In this document: positions 52,745-64,000 of the stretch, in pieces
Numbering within the stretch: position 1 is the stretch's first letter
How the letters are laid out: every line of letters begins with the position of its first letter
Assembly: GCF_006345805.1 (NCBI RefSeq)
Contig: NC_043011.1
Span: 55,564,464 to 55,628,463 of the forward strand
Direction: 5' to 3'
Origin: Octopus sinensis
Lineage: Eukaryota
Length of the DNA stretch: 64,000 nucleotides
The notes under the pieces: generated by a model
Database searches by the model: none
What the model was told of the DNA's origin: nothing
What the model saw: only the letters and a program-made list of their open reading frames with translations
Translations under genes and position numbers: made by a program

Positions 52745-55511
52745 TGTTGTTGCTGTTGTTGTTGCCACCATTGCTTAGCTCTAAGTCAACTTCAATTGAG
52801 CAGACCTATGATGAAAGGCATTCCAGTCATGACAATCCCATCTTTCATTTCAGACAGAGTGCATTGTATATCCATGTACTCATTATTCAATGTCTTTGGT
52901 TTTATTTTTTTCTTTTATATAAGATGATTGAAATCTATGTCTTGGGAGGTACTTATTGCAATTTCTAGCTGGTCAACTAACCACATAGAACTTTCTTAAT
53001 GACTTGCTGCTTCGTTAATTCATAACAACCAGAAACACTTGGCTCTCAGTCTTCATCTTCTTCATGATTTTTTAAGCCAGGATGAGGAAGCTTTATTTTA
53101 ATCCATCAGTGACAAAATTATTCGCTCTGAACCTAATTTGTATTCTTGGGATCATGTCTTAATCATGGAAATTGGTAAAATCTGGAAACTGCAAAATTTA
53201 GGTTGTAAGGAGGATGTGGGAAAATATGAATTTGTTTCTATGTACAGCTCTTGGGTTTTAAAAGTACTTAGTGTATATCAGGAATATTTAGCAATCAGGT
53301 CACTCTATCCAATGATTGGTCAGATCATCGAAAAGATCTGACCAATCAAGACTTTGCCTGGAACTGGACCCGACAACAATTTCATCTTTTGGTGTGTTTC
53401 TTTCCAAGCTTAACCCTCATAATATATTCAGCGCACCTACAAAAAGGTGGCAGACAGACAATGAAGAGAGAACAGACAGAAGCTGATCCAAGCTGACAAC
53501 ACAGAAGCATTGATCAAGAGACATTGCAAGACAGTAGCATGACCAGCAGCTAACACAATGACTGAATGGTGACAGCAATACAAGGAGCAGCTACAATCAT
53601 TTTCTCGCAAACTCTATTGATGTTTTGTTGTTCATAGTTGTAGTGTGATGGAGGGAAAGGACAACAGAAAAAGAAGCAACGTGAGAAAGAAATACAAAAG
53701 GGCTTACCTCGGCGAATTCAGCGGTCACTCTCACGAATTCCACATGTCTTCTCGCTCTGCGCTCTTTGCTGGAACTGACCACATGTGCTTGCTGACCACA
53801 CGTGCTCCCTGCCCACGCATGCCCCTTTCACTCTTCCGCCAGCTCCTGCAAGCCTTACTTCCGCCCACCTCATCTGTCATCCTCTCCACCAACACCACAT
53901 AGCTCATCACAGCCCATAACACTACTAACACCACAATAGTGATGGCAAAAATTTTCTTTGTTTAAATAGATATTTTGCTGATCAAAAATCTCAACAAATA
54001 TCCGTATTCTTCTTTGTGACAAGTATAATCCAGCTGAAAAGTCTTATGACGGTTACTTGTGACAGGACCCTGTGGAGGAGGTGCCTGAGGACCCTACCCC
54101 CATACCCTTCCCAGGAATTGTGGGTGGAGAAGATGGATGGGTGGATGTATATATGAAAATTTGCACATGATACAGTGACAAAATATTCCTTTTATGCACC
54201 AAACATTGACACATACATTTCTAGAATTGAAATAAGACAACAAATTTTGGAGTTGGGTGTACTTGATTTAAGCAATATTGGTACTTGACTGGTACTTGAG
54301 AGGGAAAAGGCAAAGTTAGTTCTGGCAAGATTTGAACTCAGAACATAAAATGATGTAACGAAACACCACAATGCATTTTATCCAATGCCGTGCTGAGTAA
54401 GGCCATCCACAATTCTATCATGAACTTAAATAATAAACTCTCAGCAAATGTCCTTGGTACATTGGTGATTGTTCTCAACAGTCACTGTCACAATACAAGA
54501 TTTAGCAATGGCGACATACTTTTTTTTGCTTCTTCACACAAACAAAATAAAAATAAAATTCAACTCAGGAGAATTTTCCCTTAAAATGTGGTCTATTCAA
54601 AGTTGGCAATTTTTCAGTAAATACTTCCTTAATAATAATCTTTCTCTACTAAATTGTGTAAAACTCAAATTGATGCCCGAGAAATATTATCAAAATTCAC
54701 GTGTTATCTGAATAATGCACTTATTCTGGACTCGAGCTCTTCCATAAAACAATATATTCTTTGTCTAATGGATTGGATTTTTAGAAGATTATTCGATGCA
54801 CATAAACGAAAATAAATAAATAGATTATAATTCTTACAAATAATATTTCTGAAGATGTTTTTGAATAGTTTTGTTGGTTTACTTCTGAGCTTCTATTTTA
54901 CATTGCATTTTTAAATACTAATGATTCCACTTTGTATAGTCATAAAGTAGTATAGCTTATTGCTTTAACCCCTGCATATTACTGGTACAGTTTTTGTTCT
55001 ATGAACCAACAAATAGGTGAAGAAACTCACTCAAGAGGAAGTGAAATCCTAATGGTGGTGTAAGAAGTTTGAAGGTCTGGCTCTTTAAAACTTGACTGGA
55101 AAATACTGTCATCTCTCTAAACTTCCTTCAGCACTCTCGAATCAAATGTTCTCATTACAAAATGATCCACAATTATCTCATGAACTGATATGTTCCGCAT
55201 TATGACGACGTAACTTTGTTGTCTGCGTGACTGGCTCAAACAGTGTATCTTGCCGACTGACACTACTTACTGAGTCTGTCCCCTATTTATTAGTAGTGGA
55301 CCAGCCCACTTCTCACCTCAGGTCATCTGCCATAACATTAGTTAAGGTGCAAACTTGGCAACTCAGCCAAAGTTTTCCTCAAAACATGTAAAACATACAA
55401 AGACTCATTAATTTAAATGTCCTTAACCGATGATCAGCTTCTGTCGAGTGTGAATAAATAATTGAAAAAATTGGAGTCAACAACAAGAAGGAGTACAGTT
55501 GGACATTTATT

Positions 55512-55994
55512 TTCAATCACTACAATTGTTTCTATGCAACGTAGTTCTCTAGGTGTGCAAGTACTTGATTACGCAACCATTTCCCTTCATTATGAGATCT
55601 AGTTGTGCTTCATCAGGCGATATGTAAATATTGTCTCCATAAGTTCAACATCTCCACTTCAAGAGCATCCACTCCATCTGTCATGGCCTAGAGTTAGTAG
55701 CAGCCACTGAGTTTATCAAAGGAGTGTTGTTGCTGAAGGACCGTTTGGCAAACTGCTTTGAGTGTGTAGATGTAGTGGGATGGTGATTCATAAACTCAGT
55801 GGCTACTACTAACTCCAGGTCACAACAGACAAAGAAGATGCTCTTGAAGCCGAAAATTTGAACTTATGGAGACAATACTCATATATTGCCTGCAGAAACA
55901 CAACTAGATCTTATAATGTAGGGAAACAGTTGCATAATCAAATACCTGCATGCCTGGAGAATTGCATTGTGTACAAACAATTGTAGTGATTGAA
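55512..55994. repeat. Long foldback element (~205-bp arms, ~73-bp spacer)
   Basis: 55512-55716 is the diverged reverse complement of 55790-55994. Confidence 0.85.
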
Positions 55995-56054
55995 TTTTTT
56001 CAGTTATATATATATATATAATTTTTTTCAATTATACGTATATATATAGGTATA

Positions 56055-57955
56055 AAATCTTCTGGGACTGTAACAGTGATGGAATAGGTGGTGTGGGCAT
56101 ACTTCTTGCAGAGAAATAGTTGGATAAGGTCATAGAGGTAGTCAGAGTTTGCGAGAGAGCATTTAAGCTGAGGCTAGTCTTGCAGAATAGTATAGCTACA
56201 ATTATATCTGCCTATGCCCCACAAGCAGGCCTACCAAATGAACAGAAGGACCACTTTTATGATATTCTTCTGCAGGCTACTTCAAAGACGAGGGACAATG
56301 ATCTCATCATCATGGCTGGGGATTTCAATGGGCATGTCAGACAGCAGCCCAGTATCTTCTATGGTGTACATGGGGGCCATGGAATTGGTTCCCAAAATGA
56401 AGAGGAAACAAGGCTACTGGAGTTCTGTGATGCAAATAACTTTTTGATTTGTAAACATCAACTTCACGAAGCCAGCCATCCACCTGACAACCTACCTGTC
56501 AGGTGACTCTGCTAGCCAGATCGATTTCATTCTCACCAGACAGTGGGATGCATGGTTGCTCTTAAATACAAAAACCCTCTCTGGTGAAGAATGTACTCCT
56601 TAACATAGCAACTTTAGAATCCAGGCCAGAAGGATGCCAAGAAGCAGACCAATCTGGAAAAGAAGGATTTGGAAGTTTAAGTTCTTCAGAGATTTAGGGA
56701 CATCCAAACTGAGAAATTTGATGAGGAAGAGCTACAAACTTGTGACATAGAGGAATAGAGGGTAACTGGGAATTCCTATGAGACAGCTTGCTGAGTGCCA
56801 CAGACCAAATCACAAATCCCTTCAGGTAGATGGTCCTGCTCAATCTGTAGAAAAGGCATAGGTAGAAACTCCATAAGATATACCTGATGTAAGCTATGGA
56901 CACATAAGAGGTACAGAAATATCAAAGGAAGGTTAACTGGGAAGATCGTTTTTGTGTGTGGCAGGGAGAAAAACTAGAAGTAGTTGATAGCTTCCTAGGT
57001 GACCAAGTCAGTAGCTAGGGGGAGGGTGATGCTGAGAGCGTAGCTGCTAGAATAAGAATAAAGTTCAGAGAGCCCCTACCTCTGTTGGTAACAAAGGGCC
57101 TCTCACTCAGAATGAAAGGTAGACTGTATGATGTATGTGTGTGAACAGCCATGCTACCCAGCAGTGAAACATGGGCTGTGACTGCTGAGGACATGCATAG
57201 GCTTAAAAGAAAGGAAACTGGTATTCTCCACTGGATGTGTAATGTCATTGTGTATGTTCGACAGAGTGTAGGCATCCTGAGAGTAAAGATGGGCGTAAGA
57301 AGCATCAGATGTGGTGTGCAAGAGAGACGACTGTGCTGGTTGGGTCATGTGTTACATATGGGTGAGGACAGCTGTGTGTAAAAGTGTTACACCCTAACAG
57401 TGGAGGGGACCTGTGGAAGAGGTAGATTCAGGAAGGCATAGGATGAGGTGGTGAAGCACAACCTTCAAACATTGGGCTTCACAAAGGCAATGACAAGCAA
57501 GCAAGACCTTTGGAGATATGCTGTGCTTGAGAAGAGCCAGCAAGCCAGGTGGGATTGTAGCCCTGGCCAATGCCAGTGTTGCATAACCGGTCTGTTTAAA
57601 AGCACCCTTCAATCATTGAATAATATGCTGTGCTGTTGAGTCAAGCGAAATCGTTGTCATGGCCAATGCCAGTGTCACCTGACTGGCACTTGTGCCAGTG
57701 GCATGTAAAAAGCACCATTCGAGCGTGGTCGACGCCAGTACCAACTGACTAGCCCCTGTGCCAAAAGCAAGTAAAACGCACCCACTACACGCTTGGAGTG
57801 GTTGGCATTATGAAAGGCATCCAGTTGTAGATACCTTGCCAGATCAGATTGGAGCCTGGTACAGCCTCCTGGCTTGCCAGTCCTCAGTCAAAACGTCCAA
57901 CCCATGCCAGCATGGAAAGCATATGTTAAACGATGACGACGACAATGATGATGAT
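56055..57955 (+). mobile_element. RTE LINE with AP endonuclease joined to the C-terminus (RT deleted), 3' UTR and tail
   Basis: ISAYAPQ, AGDFNGHV and RLLEFCDAN (APE), followed by CSICRKGIGRNSI and LCWLGHVLHM. No YADD region between them. Confidence 0.9.
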
Positions 57956-58082
57956 ATATATATATTCTGTAAGTTTAAAACCTTTCATTGGATCTCCATG
58001 AATCGAACTTTCTTCAATGCAGTTAATCTTACAGCCTCTTTTGTATCTACCCCTTTTGATGTTTGGGAATTCTCTGATGTTT

Positions 58083-58170
58083 TTTCGGCTGACGAGTACG
58101 AGCCATCTGTATTCACTGCATTTTTTGTAGCTTATTAAAGATGTCCTCGTACGAAACGATTGTACCGAGA
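58083..58170 (+). ncRNA. Canonical type I hammerhead ribozyme
   Basis: uuucgg-CUGACGA-guacgag...cucguac-GAAA-cgauug-UA-ccgaga. All core nucleotides, G10.1-C11.1, 7-bp stem II (+5 bp beyond an internal loop) and 6-bp stem I. Confidence 0.85.
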
Positions 58171-58196
58171 TTTTAATCCATTCTTGTTGCTTTTTT

Positions 58197-58251
<55 letters not shown>

Positions 58252-58374
58252 TCATCATTTAACATCTGCTTTCCATGCTGGTATGGATTAAATGGCTTGA
58301 CTGGAACTGGTTAGCCAAAGAGATGCACCAAGTTCCAGTCCGATTTGGCATGGTTTCTATGGCTGGATACCCTT

Positions 58375-58416
<42 letters not shown>

Positions 58417-59637
58417 CACAATATATAGAAGATATTAACAGAAAAAGTTGAACCAGAGAGCAATTATTGCCAAAAATAATGCAGCAACAATTCCACAAAT
58501 GAGCAAAAGCTACTGGAAAGCTATAGACATCTGGCTGGAATAGACATATGCTTAAAATGGACTGTCAAAGACATATTTGTGGCTTCATTTCCTCATGTCT
58601 AAAAGAACATGTATTGACCTCAACCAATGCCTTGTGAGTGAATTTAGGAGACAGAAACTGTGTGGAAGCCAACTGTATACATATGGGGCAGTTATCTACC
58701 CTGTCAGTATATAGAAATGTGCTTTTACACAGCTATAAGAGGTTGATGGAGTTGACGTGATCAACTTATTCTTTCCCCAGAAGTTGCTTTGTGTCAAAAT
58801 CAGAAAGAATTTTATGAATATTTTTCCATGACCATTGTTCTGCTGAATATTCCTTTCTTGTTCCTCCTGTTAAGGTTACTAATCATCTTTCTAATTCCTT
58901 TCCAGTTGTCATTTCCTCTTTTTCGTAAAATGAATTTTTACTTCAACAGTTTCTTTCCTCAAACATCTGCTTTATGGAATCCTCTTCCTTCTTTTATTTA
59001 TTTATTTTTTTTTTTTGCTGATAAATATAATCTTAATTCTTTTAAATCTTGTGTTGATCATTTTATTGTTTTATGGTTTTTAAGGAAGCTTCTCATTTAT
59101 GTTTGTTTTATAACTTCCAACATTCTTAGTGGTTGCTTGCTTAAGGCCTGTTTCATTGCTGGTTGTTTGTCACATTGTTCAGAGTGACTTTCAATAAAAA
59201 GATTTTTAAAAATTTATCTTAAAATATATATTGCAAAAAAATTAAATGGCAATATTTATCTATAAACATCCAGCTGTCGTTTCTGTTATAATAATTCCTA
59301 GCTGCCTCTGAGAATTTCGTCTAATCTTGTCAAAAGCGTCAATGGGGTGTCAACACATCACTTATCCTACTTAAACAAGTTTACTGTTAGTTTGTAAATG
59401 TTTAACTTGGTAATCCAGCAGTAATCTATACAAAGGCCGCTATTTTGTCAATGTGGTTTCAGCAAAGAGTTATCAAGTTAATCCATAATTAATAAAGATG
59501 GGCATGAGAAAAAAAGTCTACCTTCTGCACGTGGGATATTGTTTAAACAGAGGCATATAAATGTGTAGATTTCTTCAATGTTTACACACATGCATTTGTA
59601 TGAATGTGTACCTTTTTCACACAAACACACACACGTA

Positions 59638-60554
59638 TGAGGGGGTACCCCAAAGAAACCGGAATTTTGCAATATTATTCTATTCACTTTGTTTTACATG
59701 TTGACACTTTTGTCACCTTCAAAGAATTCTTCATTTGAAGCGAAGCTTCGGTCCAGACGTGTTTTCCTCTGTTTGAAGCAATGCTAGAACTCTTGCAATA
59801 TGATGCCTTTTGGTGCCTCTGTTGTTTTTTTTTTCTTCACCTCTTCCACATCTGCAAATTCCATAGCACCAGTTTTTGTCACCAGTGACGACCATCAAAA
59901 GAAGGTCTGAATCAACTTCCAACTGTTCTTTCAGTTCACGACACGCATTCAGTCTTGACTGCTTTTGATCTTCCGTGAGAAACTGAGGCACAAATTTTGC
60001 TGCAACTCTTTTCATTTACAGTTCCTCACTCAAAATTCATTGGGAGGAGCTTCAGGACACACCAGTCATATCAACAAGTTCATCAATTGTCCAGTAATGG
60101 CCTCCAAGATTAGTTCATAAATTTTCATGATGCGTCCATTCGTTCAGGAGGTCAACAGTTTTGCCCTAAATGAAATTGATCTTCTGGTAACAAGTGACCA
60201 TTACTAAAGCACAAAAACCACTCATAACTTTGTGTTTTTGCTTTTGGCAGCACACTTGCAAGCAGTTTGAAGTATGACAATTGATATGACCTCTGTTTTC
60301 CCCAGCAGAAAACAGAATTTCATGGAAGCATGCTGTTCCTTCATTTCAACCATCGCAAAAATTGACAAACAGGGGAGAAGCACTGCAAAACAAAGATGCA
60401 CCAGGTAACAGTAACAGTACAACTTCACTAAGCACTGCCAGTTAGAAGACTGATGCCTGAGGGTCGCATCAAGTGGCTTCTAGTGGTGGAAGCCTGAACT
60501 ACAATGGGCTTGTCTCACAGAGAACATTTCTGGTTACTTTTGAGTACCTCCTTG
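59638..60554 (-). mobile_element. Mariner transposon, internally deleted copy
   Basis: Both TIRs with TA; RVAAKFVPQFLTEDQK and VVTGDKNWCYG fused to the C-terminal segment. Confidence 0.9.
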
Positions 60555-60634
60555 TATGTGTCTCCATACAAATATATCTATATGTACTCATGTATGCACC
60601 TCTCTCTCCTTATAAGAATGCATACATATATGTA

Positions 60635-60930
60635 TTCTTTTCTGGAATATTGAAACTCGAAGCAGATAAAGCTATAAATAATGTCATGTAAATATTGAGT
60701 TAGAAAAACCCTTTTGGATAGAAAACGTTGAAGGTTGCCCCTTCAACAAAAATCTACATCCGTGAACATGACAGACATTCTACCACTGGACTAAAGCAAT
60801 CCCTGGGTTTCAATCTCATGGGCAACCTTCAATGTTTTCTATTCAAAGTTTTTTTTTTTAATCCAATATATACACTCTGATAATTGTAGCTTTTATATAT
60901 ACTTTGAGTTTCAATGTTCCAAAAAAGAAT
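60635..60930. repeat. Foldback element (~105-bp arms, 79-bp spacer with tRNA-like pieces)
   Basis: 60635-60740 vs reverse complement of 60820-60930; inner 25 bp nearly identical. Confidence 0.8.
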
Positions 60931-61179
60931 TATTTCCAAAAGAGAAATATTTCACATACATTTCAAAGTTTTGAAATGCTTATGACATCAACAACGTGTA
61001 CACACACACACACGTGAGCATGTGCATGCACATTTTTTATACATATACATATTTGCATATATATATATATATGGACACACACATATATATAAACATACTT
61101 ATGAATATACATATTTACACACAAAACAACAGTTTCATACAGAATAAAAAGATATATACATATATATATTGTCACCATC

Positions 61180-62935
61180 ATCATCATCATCATCATCGTT
61201 TATTGTCCATCTTACATGCTACCATGGGTAAGACAGTTTTACTGGGGTTGGTGAGCCAGAGAGCTGCACTGGGATCCAGTCTGGTTTAGCTTGGTTTCTA
61301 TGGCTGGATGCTCTCCCTAACACCAGCCACTCCACAGAGTGTAGTGGAAGCCCTGAATGTGTCACTGGCGTGGGTGTCTTTTACATACCACTGGCACTGG
61401 CCAGGACTACTGTTTCCCTTAGTTTGATGTATCTTCTCAAGCACAGCAACTTGCCAAAAGCCTCAATCACTTGTCACCACCTCCATAAGACTCAACATCC
61501 AAAGATCATATTTCCCCACCTCATCTCATGTCTTCCTGAGTACCTCTTGCACAGGTTCCCTCCACAAGCAATCATCAGCACTTCTTTCTTGCAGCTGTCC
61601 TCATCCATATGCATCGTATGACCATGCTGGTGCAGTCTTCTCTCTTGCCCTCCACATCTGATACCTCTTATGCCCAATTTTCTTCTCAAGATGCTAACAT
61701 TCTGTCGCACATGCACACTGATATTGCACATCCAGCAAAGCATATTGACTTCATATCTTTCAAGACTTCACATAACCTCTGCAGTCACAGCCCATGTTTC
61801 ACTGCCATGTAGCATTGCTGTTCACACACAGGCATCATACAATCTGCTTTTCACTCTGAGGGTGAAGTTGTTTGTTACCCACAAATGTAGAAGCTCTCTG
61901 AACTTTGCTCAGCCTATTCTCATTCAAGTAGCTATGCTCTCAGAGTATCCTCCTTCTCTGCTGACTTGGTCATCTAAACAACAGAAGCTATTAACTACTT
62001 CTAAGCATCCCACCTGGCATTTGACAAAGACTATTTTCTGCACAATTCTAGTGTTCTTTGTTCCTATATAACTGCCACACACAACAACTACTTTCTCTGT
62101 TAACCTCCTTCTGATACTGCTGCACCTCTTATGTGTCCATAACTTGCACCGGGTGCACCTTATGGAGTTTCTACCTATACCTTTTCTACATATCAAGCAG
62201 AGGGGTTTGTGATTTGTCTGTTTTCCTACTTACTAGGACTTTGGTCTTTGCTAAATTAACTCTAAAGCACTTTGATTCCAAACCTTGCTTCATCATCATC
62301 ATAATCATCATCGTTTAACGTCCGCTTTCCATGCTAGCATGTGTTGGACGATTTTGACTGAGGGCTGGCGAACCAGATGGCTGCACCAGGCTCCAATCTT
62401 GATTTGGCAGAGTTTCTACAGCTGGATGCCCTTCCTAACGCCAACCACTCCAAGAGTGTAGTGGGTGCTTTTTACATGCCATTGGCACGGAGCCAGTCAG
62501 GTGGTACTGGCAATGACCTAGCTCGAATCTTTTTACACATGCCACCAGCACAGGTGCCAGTAAGGCGACGTTGGTAACGATCACGCTCGAATGGTGCCCA
62601 CATACCTGAAATTTTGTCTCTAGTTCTGGTAGTGATTCAGCTATTAAAACAAAGTCATCAACATAGGGGCAGCCCATCTTAAATCCCTCTGTTATAGGCT
62701 AGAGAACTATGATGAACAAGAGAGGGCTGAGGACCGATCCCCAGTGAACTCCTATATGCACACTGAATTCATTGTTAACTTTCACCTTACTGACAGCATC
62801 CCTGTACGGCTCTCACCAGCCACTCATCTATCCCTAGATAAGGGAGCAAAAATAATTTGTAAAAAAGGCACCTGAGATTGATCCAGAGAAACAATCAAAT
62901 AAAGCAATCAACATCTTTCCCTGTGACGATTTCTA
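61180..62935 (-). mobile_element. RTE LINE (RT core to tail) interrupted by another RTE tail at ~62291-62597
   Basis: GVHWGSVLSPLLF, YVDDFVLIAESLPELETKFQV | KQGLESKCFRVNLAKTKV, then CTRCKLWTHKRCS. Confidence 0.9.
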
Positions 62936-62959
62936 TCCTTATTAACTGTGTCTGTGTTA

Positions 62960-63390
62960 TGATATGATTGTTACCAGCGTCGCCTTACTGGCACTTGTGC
63001 CTGTGCTAGTAGGGTGCCAAGAGCACCATCCGAGCTTGAACGTTGCCAGAGCAGCCAACTGGTTTCTGTACCTGTGGCACGTAAAAGGGCACCATTCGAG
63101 CATGATCGTTACCAACGTCGCTTCACTGGCACCTGTGCCGATGGCATGTGTAAAAAGATTCGAGCAAGGTCATTGCCAGTACCGCCTGACTGGCCCCTGT
63201 GCCTGTGGCACGTAAAAAGCACCCACTACACTCTCGGAGTGGTTGGCGCTAGGAAGGGCATCCAGCTGTAGAAATTCTGCCAGATCAGATTGGAGACTGG
63301 TGCAGCCATCTGGTTTGTCAGACCTCAGTAAAATCGTCCAACTCATGCTAGCATGTGAAGCGGACGTTAAACGATGATGATGATGATGAT
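62960..63390 (+). mobile_element. RTE 3' UTR with tandem units and (GAT)n tail
   Basis: Same units as 49350-49850. Confidence 0.85.
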
Positions 63391-64000
63391 GACTGCTATC
63401 CATTCTGGCATGGTTTGGACTTTGTAGGTACATATCTATAAAACTGAGATAATTTCAGCCTTCATAACACCAATGTTGGTACAAGGAAGTTGATAACATC
63501 CACACAAACCTTCAGCTTAATTAATATCATTAATCATGTGTTTCTATCTATCTCAATATAAAGTTGATTAGTTATTGGACATTTGGGTTTCAAATCATTG
63601 TTTTTTAATTATGATTTGTGTTTATCAATTTAATCTTCTATTATAGGGGCAGATTTATCTGTTAATATCTCAGCAGACATTTGTTTATGATTAAGTATTC
63701 AGTGTATTGCTTAACCACTTTTCTTGTTTACAGGTGTGATTATAGGGATTAAACAGGTACACTTAACCACAGTTAATCCCAAAACCCATTTATATATACT
63801 TGCAGAAATACTGACCCCAAGGCAGTATTTCTGGTTGTCATTATGTTAAGGATGTACAACATGCATGCATGAATACATACATACATACTGCTCTCTTTTT
63901 TTTCTGTCTTTTGACCTTCTCCAACAAGAAAGAAAGCCACCAAGTGGTTCTTATTGCATCACTAGGGTTGTGGATTGATAGAATTGTTAAAACATTGGAC

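Overview
AT-rich, microsatellite- and retroposon-dense eukaryotic DNA. The repeat families and the Gq sequence point to a coleoid cephalopod, probably Octopus; this is recognition from memory, not a database match. The only protein-coding gene I can support is a G-protein alpha-q subunit on the minus strand. Its coding exon 1 (33369-33252) and exon 2 (5598-5414) are split by a ~27.6 kb phase-1 intron containing a 100-N gap, and exon 3 was not found in the window. The rest consists of 5'-truncated or internally deleted RTE-type LINEs, a CR1-like RT fragment, three tRNA-headed SINE families, three mariner copies, a piggyBac-type MITE, foldback elements and long (TA/CA)n tracts. The most unusual signal is a dispersed set of about nine type I hammerhead-ribozyme motifs, with the layout CUGANGA / stem II / GAAA / short self-complementary stem III / GUH. 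They resemble those of Penelope-like elements but have no Penelope ORF here, and two with intact cores lie sense within the Gq pre-mRNA. Most ORFs in the supplied track are microsatellite or repeat artefacts. Repeat boundaries were read by eye and are approximate.
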